Positions 38,901 through 50,900 of a DNA stretch of 64,000 nt are shown in pieces. This DNA comes from Isurus oxyrinchus (taxonomy: Eukaryota), in the NCBI GenBank assembly GCA_026770705.1, contig JANJGN010000002.1, positions 236,964,001 through 237,028,000 of the forward strand, in the 5' to 3' direction. Positions within the stretch are counted from its first letter, which is position 1. Each line of letters begins with the position of its first letter. The notes beneath the pieces were generated by a model. That model made no database searches, had not been told where the DNA came from, and saw only the letters and a program-made list of their open reading frames with translations. Position numbers and translations under genes: made by a program.

Positions 38901-41900
38901 TTTATCTCCAACCTTCCAGAGCAACTGTCCGCTCCACCAACCAGTCTCGGCTCTTTGTGTCCTATTGATTTTTAAACAAATGTTATAAAATTTCAAACCA
39001 CATTGCATGAATACACAGTTTAAGTCAAGAATACATTTTTACTAGAATAGATTATTCATTGCTTACTAATACAGTTGGCATAGTTCGTTCTTGTTAGAAA
39101 AGACTTACAATGAAGCCTTTGTATTATCGAGCCATCAGATTGGGCACCTGTACACAAATCTGAAACCCCGTCACCCCAGCTGGTGAATTTTGAATTCAGT
39201 TAATAAACCTGGAATGTAGAGCTATTCTCAGTAATGGCGAACATGGCAGTGAACATCGATTTTTGTAAAGCCCACGTGGTTCACCAATGTCCTTTAGAGA
39301 AGGAAACCTGCCACCCGTACGGCCTACATGTGACTCCAGGCTCACAGCATTGTGGTTGAATCTTCACTGCCCTGTGAAGTGGCAGTATAGCCATTCAGTT
39401 AAAGGGCAACTAGGGAAGGGCAACAAATGCTGAAAGGAAAATTTTAAATTATCGTTGCTTCCCTCTCCTTAATGCATTTTTATTTCGAAAATGTTAGACA
39501 GGAGACCTACCTAAGCATATGGCGCCAGCTGCTTCCTCTTGCTGGGAACAGTTTTGATGAGCCAACTGTTTTAACTGACATTTCCAGGGATCGTCCTCAG
39601 TGCCTTTGCAGTGAATTCCCAATTGTAGCATAGGCCAGTGGCCAACTGCAAATTGAGAATCTCCGGATGCAGATACAGCGTCGCCACAGTCCAGATATTT
39701 ACAAATAACGCGAGCGTCATTCATATCCCACGTTCGACCGCAGATAGTACGCCACGCGTTCATATTGCTGGCATCAACTCTGCCAGCACAGGGGCTGCCT
39801 CCACCAACAAGCCTCAGATTTTTCTCGACTGTTGTGGAAGTAAAAAAAACTGTTTCAGATTATTACATTTAGCCCCATGACGCCGAGGGTTGAATTCTCG
39901 CTTCGGGGAAGGAAAAAGGAACCGAGCATTTATTCCAGTCTTGGAACTGTCCACAGAGAAACTGTCACTCACTGGAATATTCACTGGGGCAACATTAAAT
40001 GCCTACTAATTTATGATTCCAAGTTATCTGGGCGAGAGCAGTTCTAAGCACATTAAAGTTGATTTTCCCCAGTTAGTTATCGTTATATGGATTACTCTTA
40101 GTTATATATCACAACTAACCTAAAATTTGTGTAGAATCATCATTGTACTCTAAGTGTTCCATGACTTCCACTTGACCCGCCTCATTCCAATCACACAATC
40201 ATAGAATTGTTACAGAAGGAGGCCATTAGGCCCATTTGTCGGCACCAGCTGTCCAAATGAGCATCATGACTTAGTGCCATCCCCTTTTCCCCATACCCCT
40301 ACACATTGTTTATATTCAAATAATCATCCATTGTCTTCCTGAATGCTTCGATTGAATCTGCCTCCACCACAGTTCCGGGAAGTGCATTCCAGGCCCAAAC
40401 CACTCATTGTGAGAAAAATAATTCTCAAAGCACATTTGATTATTTTGCAAATCACTTTTAAATTGTGCCTTCTCGTTCTAGACCCCTTGACGAGCGGGAA
40501 CAGTTTCTCCTGCACTACTTTGTCCAGGCCCAAACATAACTTTCATCATCTCTATCAAACCCCCACTTTGCTTTCTCCTCTCCAAGCAGGAAGGTCCCAA
40601 CCTCTCCAAACTATCTTCATCATTCAAGTTTCTCATCCCTGCAATCATTCTTGCAAACCTCCTCGGCACTGTCTCTCAAGCCATCACATCCTTCCTATAG
40701 TGTGGTGCCCATTCCTGTACCCAAGGAATGGCGCCCAGAACTGTGACTTGCTAAGGACACACAAGTGCATCATATAACGTTGCTTCTCTGAAATTGCATG
40801 AAACTGTTTTTCTTCACGTTTTTGCCACTAGTTGGTAGCCTTTAGGCGACATTGAGCAAAGACATTGCACATTTTTCTTCCTGAGATCAAGACAAATAGA
40901 TTACGTCCTTGACTCCTCTGAAACAGCCCTCTCTCCTGCAATGTAATGTTCTTCTTAATCAATACAGCCAGCTTCCCTCTTTCCTTCAAGTCCTATCTTC
41001 CCTGAAAGCCTTCAATCCAGGAATAGTTAATATCCAGCCCTGCCTTTATTGGAGCCAGGTCTTTGCTCTAACCACAGCATCAAATTTCACTATGGCAATC
41101 TGCAATTGTAATTCAGTAATCTTATGTAACATACTCCATCATCAGAGAACCGTGTGTGTTCCCTGTAGCTACCGTGCCCCCTCTGACATTACTTCCCTTT
41201 TGACCACCGACAATTGACTGGCTGTCTGTGCCATGGTGCTGGGGTCAGCGTGCTGTTTCCCACAACCGTTTTTGCTCTTAGCCACACAGCCTGCAATATC
41301 CTCGAACCGTTTGGACATTTGCAATGGCTGAGACTCGTGAGCGTTCAGCTGTATTCTGCTGTTAACACATTCGGCCATCTGACACTTATGCCAATACTAG
41401 CACCTTCCATATCCATATTCTTTTACACTATCAGTCCATGACATTACCATGTCCATGGCATATTTGCTACATTTCTCCTGAATTCCCACCTATGCTTGGC
41501 AATTTATTTTGCTCCACCTGTTCTCCCCGACCCCCACACCCTGGTCAACAGTATAACACTCATCACATTGCTATCTTTCTTCTGACCTGAAGAAGTCTGT
41601 TTTCAACTCTAAATCTAAAATCTTTTCTCTTTCCACAGATGCTTCCAGGACTGCTGGTTTGTTTTTTTTTTTTTTGCATTTTCTGTTTTATTACCTAGTG
41701 TCACCAATCTTTATGGACTTATTGGATCTTCAGAGTTTCCCCGAACTGCTTTCACTTACCAGCTTTTCACTGTGCCCTCTTGCATTACAAAGCCTTCCTC
41801 TGAGGCCTCTATGATAACCAGGGCTTCACCTGAGCTCTCTTCAAATAAAGTCTGCTAACCAACAGCAGGGCATTAGATTGAAAATATGTGCTGAATAAAT

Positions 41901-44900
41901 CCATCTCTAATCACTATCAGTACAGTTGTTTATTTCACTGTTGCTAAATTGTCAGACTGCTCCTCCGAAAGCCAGTATTGGATGAACAGAAATTTCCTCT
42001 TAGGAAATATTAGGAAGACTGAAAAATTCGATTTCAGTCCCTGCTCCAAACCCTGTACCTTCGAGGCCTTCATCCCTCTCAATGGCAGCAATCTGAGACT
42101 TCAAGCAACATACATGTCATATTTTCCACTGATGTGTGCTTCAGGCTAGATATTGACAGCATCACTGGGGCAGCCTTCCACCTTTTATGATATTTCATAA
42201 CATGTGGGTGCCCGTAGCAAGGCCCGCATTTATTGCACATTCCTAGTTACACTTCAGGAGGTGGAGATGAGCTGTCTTGTTGAACTGCTACAGCCCATAT
42301 ATTGTAGCTGCATTCACAGTGCTATAAGGGAGCGTGTTCGGCTAAGGAAACTGCAGTTCCAATTCAAAGCTCCAAGTCAGGATGCTGTGCGCTTGGAGGG
42401 GAAATTCCTGTGCCAGTGATCCCATGCATCTGCTGCCCTTGTCTTTCTATGTGGAAGAGGTTATTGCTTTGAGGTACTGTCAAAGGAGCTTTGGTGAATT
42501 GCTACAGTGCATCTTGTTGCTCACACACACGGCTGCCAGTGTCAGAAGTGGATCGAGTGCATGTGTAAGCTGGTGGATGCAGTTGAGAACAAACAGTCTG
42601 CAAATGGCTGTCACATATTTTGCTTACCAGAAACAGGTGCAATGTTTTTAAATGTTCTTTCTGCAGAGAACAGGTCCTTGTGTATTAACATACGTAAACT
42701 CCAGTACACACAAATGTGCTGCAATGCAAGCCTGGCTGACAATCTTAAATTTGTGATCAGCATAACTCCGAACACGCTAAATATTATTTAGCAAATCACG
42801 GAATTATATCTAGCGCTGGACACTGTGATTTGAGTTTTGCAATCACTGGCTGGTTGGGAACAGTGTGCGCCTTGACCGTTGCGAACTGCAGCTGGAACAT
42901 GCTGTTTGATATGACCCGCCATATGCATGCCTAGCATCACACTGGCAGTGTATTTCATAGACTCGTTATTCATATGTGTGATAGGAAAAACTTCGTTTTA
43001 CTTGATGGCAGTGAGTGATGAATACCACTCGTGTTGCTACTGCAATAGTGGGAAGGTGAAACAGCTAGCCTCACCTGTTGCTCAATTCTTTTTCATTCGT
43101 TCCTGGGATTGGGGCATCACTAAATAGGCCGGCATTTATTGCCATTCCCCAATTGCCCTTGTTCAAAGAGCACCTACTTATGCTGTGAGTCTGGAGTCAC
43201 ATGTAGGATAGGCCAGGTCAGGCAAGGACAGCAGTTTCCCTTCCCTAAAGGGCATTAGTGAGACTCATGGGTTTTTACAAAAATCGACAACGCTTTTAAA
43301 GTCATCATTAGACTTTTAATTCCAGATTTTTATTGAATTAAAATTTGACAACTTGCTATGGTGGGAGGTGAACAGGGGCTCGCAGAGCATTAACTTGGGC
43401 CTTTGGAAAACTGGTCTAGTGATAATGTCCCCTCCACTCAATCTGAGGTACACTGACCACCTTTCAGAACCGGAGGTGACGGCCTCCATGAGTTTCCGTT
43501 ATATACAGAGTGAAAGGATCTGATGGCCGTAACCATTATCCTGTAGGATGTCTTCGATGCACCCCATTTCAGCATCCAGCTTGCATGGCGAGCAAATGGT
43601 TTGGGCGCTTCTTTACAAGATTGCTGAAAGACAAATCTTATAGCGTGTGGAACCCTAAGAATCCCAACGCACATATTGACCAGTGAAAGCAGGCATGTGG
43701 CAGGCCTTGGTAAAGAGTCCCCTGGCATATTTCTCAACCATTACGTCAAGGTAGAGGAGTTCATATGATTACCTAATTTCAAAGATGAATTTGATGGAGG
43801 ATGTAATCTATGAATATATGTAAGGAAATTTTGATATGCAGCTGCGGATTTAAATATAGCAAACGTGTGATCCACATGTCAGAAACATGCGAGGGGGAGG
43901 TGGATGGATGTGAAGTGCGCCGATAAATGCCAAGCGAACACCTCTGACATGTCTATTTTTTCAGCAACACTATTATCTCACACTATGTCCAACTTTTTCA
44001 ACACCCCTCTGCTCTCTGGCTTACATTCGTTCCCAATAAAGCAATGTCTTCATTTTGAATTTCTTATTCTCGCTTCCGCCTTCATCCATGGTCCCTCCCT
44101 TCCCTCTCGCTCCAATCTCCTCCAACCCAACAATCCACGGAGGTATCATTACTGTCTATTACTGGCCTCTTGTGAATCACCCAGTTTAATTGCTGCACTG
44201 TTGCTGACCGTGCCTTCAATTATGTAATTCCAAAGCTCTTGAATTTCCTCCCAACACCTCCCCACATCTAGCCTTCAGTTTCCTCCTTTAATCCAATCCA
44301 TTCAAAACCCAGTTTTTCACCAAGCTTTCAGTCACCTGACGAAATATTTGCATTGGTGGTTGGGTGGCAAGTTTTGTCTTTTTATGCTCTTGTTATTAAG
44401 CGCCTTTTGACATTTGTCGCTATACGAGCAAACAGCCCCTTTAGATTGACTCGCATCTCTCGGAGGCGTGACTTTGGCACAGAAGACTCCAACAACGCAG
44501 TCCCTAACCAGGTAAATGTCTGGTTGCCATTAAAATAGGTTAGTAGGTGTGGGGATAGTCATAGAGTTTTTGTCTCTTTTTCGTCATTTATTGGACCGAC
44601 ACATTCACACGACCATTAAATTCCTCCCTCAGTGCGCGGAAAAGTTAGAGAAATCCAATCATTAGCCTGGTTAATTTCCATACAAGTCAAGAAGAAACGT
44701 AAGCTAAAATATTTAACACTAATCATGGGGATACAGACCTTTACAGAAGATGACTACAGTTGCTCCAGTTTCGCAATTCAGTTGGTCCCCAATATCGAAC
44801 TGACACTCCGACAATGAAGATTCTTTTCCATTGCAATGAATCGTATCCAATAACACAGACCCTGTTTCTTCTGAGATGGGATTTGTCAATGATGTGTGAT

Positions 44901-47900
44901 AAGAAACGCAACCAATTTGCTTGCAGACGACTTCTGCAGCAGCTGGACTCCACAGTTTACTACAAACCGAGCTCCATTGACGTCGATAATATACTTTGAG
45001 TTCCCCAATGCATGGCGCTTCCGGGCCCACCAACTGCACGCCTCTCAACTCTGTTAAACAGTTAAACACTAATAATACAAACAATCCAAAACTCAACTGA
45101 AATAATCATCGTGGAATCAATACAAGCCACTTTAAAATTTGACACTAAAATTCCGCTGATCAAACAGAACATTAAAGTTATTTTGTGAATTAAAGTGTCA
45201 GGTTTTTGTCAACGAGTTGCTCTTTTAAAGGGTTGGCGTTGGCTGAAGCATATCCCTTTGTATGTTTGTGTCACAGGCGTAATTACTTAAACAAATAATG
45301 TTTCTCTGTGATACTTACCATTGTTTTCGCATACACTTTAATTTCGATATAATTTATTTTATTAATCTTTTGACTTGGTTACTATCTGAGAGGAACAAGA
45401 GAGCTGGAACAGCCAGTGCCTCCACATCCTGAACAAATAAAAATGATTATTTACTTATGTATAAGCATTGGATAGGCCAATTTCCAATTACTGAGCAAAA
45501 AATTAGAAACTGAATTAGAGTGGCAGAACCAACATAAGTGCGCATCGAAATCTGATGTCGGGTTTGTGTTTGTCTTTTCGTGGTAGGGCAAGGAATTAGA
45601 TTTGAGCGAGAACTAAAAACTGGCGATTTGGAAATGCCAATAATTATACATCCCGTTCAATTGCAGTGTGCCTTATGCACTAAATTAGCCATTCATTTAT
45701 TTCCCTCCAGCTATCAGGCTAATTGTGGAATGCCCGAATAAAAAGTGGGCATTGATGCTAATAAAGTTTCTATCTGACTGGGCAGTCATTTTCAAAAGCG
45801 AAGATACAAATTCTGAAAAATTTGTTTCGAGAGTTTGCTTTCTTTTAATTGAAGTTTCTGAAGGATAGTGACCAATTCCTGATGTCATTATGTCGCTCTG
45901 ACACAAGGGTTAGTGACTGGAGTAAATTTCAGTAGATTCGAGGCTCCTAATACGATTCCAATTTAAATGGCGCACAAATAGACGAGGCTTAGATAGAGCT
46001 CCTCCAAAATGTCAGCGAGATCACCAGTGCTTTCGCAGCCCTTATTTTACTCGAGGACTATGAAGGAGCTTTTCGGGCCTTTTGAGAGACGCCACATTGT
46101 CACACTGTAGAGCAGGCACAGAGAAGTGACTGCCACTGAGGGTCACCAACTCTCCACTTCTTTCGCATTAAGAAGCTGATTGATAACTTGCTGAGAAGAG
46201 CATACAACTACAACACGTTTACCTGGAACTCAGAAAGCAAGAGCAACAAGTGCTCTAGAACTCCAAATGGTCGAGTTCCAAATCACAAGCAGTGGGCGTT
46301 GTTGATCAAACTGCACCTCATACGCCAAACCAAAGGAGTTCCTCTTGCACAAAGCTTTAAGACATTTTTTGCGACCATTATGCAGTTTGTGTATAACCAT
46401 CTTCATGGGTCAAGCAGTGCACTTGTCCAACCTCAAAAAGGCACTGCTGGTGCCTTTAACTTATTCTAGTTTTCTATCCCAGCATGTTGATGATCCATAG
46501 AATAGGCCTGGCTCCATTTGGTAACCTACATGATTCTTCTGCAACATTGTCACACAGAACCTGAGCTTCAACGTGAGGCCCTGACCTTGATCAGGATCTC
46601 ATAATTGATTACTATAATGCCATACTATTCCAAATCTTTGGACAAGTATAACGTGCAGTCCTTAAAGTATCTGGTATCATGGTGGAAACAATAGGTTCCC
46701 AGAGAAATATCGCAAAAAGGTATACAGCAGGAATACCAGAAATCCACTAAAATGTAATGGGACGATGGGTTTTCGGAGGCTGAAGAATTACTCTGCCATC
46801 TAACCACGGTTTTAACTATAGTTTGACGAATTATTACATTTTATCAATATAGGTTGGGCTGTTTTCAGGGCATGCTTTCAGCATAACCAAATGTCCAGAA
46901 GCATGACTGTCTTGCAGTCTCAGGTTGGAAACTCTGAAAATCAACATTGTATCGGTTGAGAGAGCGAGATGAGTGTCATATATCTTCGAGCAACACTTGC
47001 TAAATCATTAGAAAGCATGACTGTATTATGATACTTAATATTTTATCATGCATATAACTCCAATTGCACAAAATCTTTACCTTTTCCATTCACAGCTTCA
47101 GCTATAGCACTTGGACCGGGAGGTTGCAAAGAAGATCCAACTGCTGAAACTGAAATGCAAATAGGAGATGATATCAATTCTAAAAGTTAAATAAACGTTT
47201 GCTTAGTGGTGTTAAATAATTCAACGGGAACACTGCAATTAAAAAGAAATAGCAACATTTCGCTGCTGTTAAATCAACACCTATAGCCATAAACATTATT
47301 TATGCAGGAAAGAATCATAGAATAATGGAATGTTACAACACTGATTGTGGCTATTCGATTGATAGAGTCTGCCATAAATTTTTTGAGGAGCAATCCAATT
47401 AGTCCAACTCCCAGCAGATGTCATATCCTCCCACCATAATATCAGTAAACACGACGAAGAGTATAAATGACTGAATCTTTACGTTAAGAGCTCATTCCTT
47501 GGGGCCTCGCCAGTCAACTGAATTGCATCCTAAGGTCTGGCAAACTAAAGAATTTCAAGGGCTTAGTAAATAAAAGCGAATCCAACGCATCCCCTGTGGA
47601 ACACCACTCATCACTTTGAACCAAGTCAGAGAAATAGCCACACATTTATTTCCAATAACCATGCATGGTAATGTATTCTATTGTCTAGATCAATTCAACT
47701 TGCCTCACTGTCTTCGCAACTTTACCCTGATAAATAAGTTACTGACAGATATTAATTTAATATATACGGCTTAAATTAATAAAATTTCCAGAAAGTTTTC
47801 CAAAGGTGACGTCATTAAGTTCTTCATAATAAAGTAATCAAGGGTTTTGCGTAGCGAATCTACCGCCTATTTCACACCTCTTTCAACTTGGATTTCCAAC

Positions 47901-50900
47901 GATTTCAAATTTACCCTTATAAACCACCCTCGTGAATTAGATTGTTGCCATCTAGCCTTTTTTCCTGCACCCTCTGCACCAGTTAAAGCACAATAGTTTC
48001 CTTCCCACTATTACATCACCAGGGCTGCGCACAATAACGCAGGTGGGATTTCAACTGAGTTGAACACGGTAAGAAATAATCGGCTGTGGATTTGCGGATT
48101 ACGCGATAGTGTTCAAATTCCGCAACAGATTTTTTCGACCAGTTGGGAGAAATATTAACTTTGTAATTCTGAGCACGGATAATGTTTAAAGAGACTTTTG
48201 ATTTTCTTATTCATCTTAATCAAGGAAAAGGCGACCAGCAGGGATGCAGTCCTGTCGAATTATTCCGGATCTCCCCTATTTAGCGCAGCAAACAGTTTCG
48301 AAGTTAATTATTGGTTTACTAACGTTTGCCGGGTATCCCACTATACACTCTGTCGAGTTTATATTTCTATAGATTTTCTATCTCACGCTCAGGCACCGGG
48401 TTATCACTTCCGCATTTTCGCTCACTGTTTCAAAGGCCACATTTCTTTCCTCCACACAAATCTCATTCTCACATTATTGCAGGCAGTGTGGCTATTTTTT
48501 TTACCTGGACAGTTCCATGTGCCCATCAAGAGATTGTTTGAAAAAATGTTAATCAGCTGACTAGGGTTGCTTACTTTACGAACGGAAATTATGATATTTA
48601 TAGTTAAACTGAAATCCGACTAAATCGAAAAATCTCCACACTAATTCGATTTTTTTGCGTTTGTTTAGTCTCTGTTTTTACGGAAAGAGCCATTGTTGTT
48701 ACTTGGACACCATTCCGGTTGTGTTAGTGTTTGGGACCGAATTTCAATATCCCATTACCGAATACTCATGTCTCCTAATCCCACAAATAGCAAACGGTAG
48801 CCTTCTCTTTATTGGGAGAGATTACAAATATGGTATTTTAGTTCCTAGCACGGATTCCATTTTTCCTGCGTTTTTTTATTCAATCACGGGGTGTGCACGT
48901 CGCTGCCTCGACCAGCATTTATTGCCCATACCCAGTTGCCCTTGAGAAGGCGTCAATGAGCTGATTCCTTGAATTGCTGCAGTCCATGTTTTGTATGTAC
49001 ACGCATAGTGCTGTTAGGGAGGGAGTTCCAGGATTTTGACCCAGCAACAGTGACGGGACGGCAATGCATTTCTAAGTCAGGATGGTGAGTGACTTGGAGG
49101 GGAACTTTCAGATGCTGGTGTTCCCATCCATCAGTTCCCACGTCCTTCTACATGGCAGTGGTCGTGGGTTTGGAAGGTGCTGTCAAAGGAGCCTTGGTGA
49201 ATTCCTCCAGTGCATCATTAGATTGTACACACTGCTGCTTCAGGGCGTCGTGGTGGAGGGAATCAATGTTTATAACTATGATGCCATTCAAGAGAGTTGC
49301 TTAGTCCTGGATGGTGTCAAGCTTCTTGAATACTGTAGAAGCTTCATGCTTCTAGGCAAGTGGACTGTATACCATCACACTCTTAACTTCTTCCGTGCAT
49401 ATCGTGGGCAGACTTTGGGGAATCAAGAGGTGAGTTACTCTCCGCAGCATTCTCAGCCCCTGATCTGCAAGGCGCAGGAGAAAACCATTCGACCTATTTA
49501 ACCGTGCCGGCTTCACGAGCAATAGAAATAGTCCCAACCCCCTGCTCATGCACTGTTTCTCAGCACTTTTTCTCCTCCAATTACTTAACCAATGTTCTTC
49601 TGAAGCTACCTTTGAATCCACATTCACCAAGCTTTCATGTAGCGCATTTAAAATCTCAATAAAAGAAGAAAATCTGCGATGTTATATCGCCGTGCGGAAC
49701 AATTAATCGGAAATTTTGCATGTAACTGGCTCAACTTTTGACTTGCTTTCTGTTTAGTTCGGAACTTTAATAATTCGTGAAAAGTAAATATTCAGCACAC
49801 CCTGCAGCTGCAAATTATTGATCTATGTTAAATTTTCATGAACAACCTTTTCGATTTTGCTTCCTTAATGAGATTTGTTCTACTGAATTGGTTTTGGACA
49901 CAGCGCCAACTCTAACAAGTTGTGCTTATTTGTCCTTGGTATTCTCGGATCTGTCAGACACGCTAAATCAGAAAGGGCTAAAAACCCACGATAAGCCGAT
50001 CCTCCTTTCTAAGCCTCTTGCGAAGTACTCTTTAGCCGAGTGTGTAGTTTTAGCGCTGACTTTGAAAAGCAGCCGTGTCCTCATTACGGAAGCGATTCAG
50101 AAGTAGCCTTTAACCGAGCCTGTCAGGAAAAACTTATGTATTGCTGTCCCTTAACGGTTCATTATGTCTTGTATTGTGTGAAAATCTGTCACTCAGTTAA
50201 CACTCCAGTGAAAGTTATACTATCCTAGCAGCTCGCAGTCGCACCCGGGAATCGGTAATGCCGCTGAGCATTGACCTGCTCCAGTGGTTGAGCTGCCTTG
50301 CCTGAGAACGGAGTGTAGAGATTGTTGTTTCACAACGGGGCGAGAAAATTCGAACGTGAAGCTGCCTTGAGTGAGACCCGATTGAAGGGGTTGCTGTTTT
50401 ATCCAGTTGGGCAGGGTACCCTTGTGCTTAGATACATATTCTATTTTCCATCTCTGCCAACACGGTCATTGTGATTCCTCTGACAGGTATGGTACTAAAT
50501 TATGGTGGGTTCAGGACGGCTGACTTATTAGCAACAACAACAATTACATTGCTTTCGCTAGCAAACTCTGAAAAAGTGCTTCACATTGGCGCAATCTGAC
50601 AAAATTGACACAGAGAGACACAAGGAGATATTTCAGGGGAGGTCACAAAATGTTTGGTCAAAGAAGTAGGTTCTAATCAGCATCTTGAAGAAGGATAGGT
50701 GGAAGTGGTTAGGGATTAGCTCCCATACAATTGAAAATCCATCCCATATGGAATAACATTCACTTTAGTAGCATATTGAGCGGCATGATTCCATTCTGCC
50801 TGATATATATTACAATTTGACTTTCGAGCATCGGCTATTTTCCAGGCTCACTCAAATTGAATTTAACCGCCACTGCGTTTGGATTATTCGAGTTGGCCGC

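Noticed and set aside
24573-44999. Plus-strand ORFs overlapping SRCR exons (e.g. 24573, 26169, 29807, 32714, 38669, 39638, 44760)
   Set aside because: Antisense shadows of coding exons.
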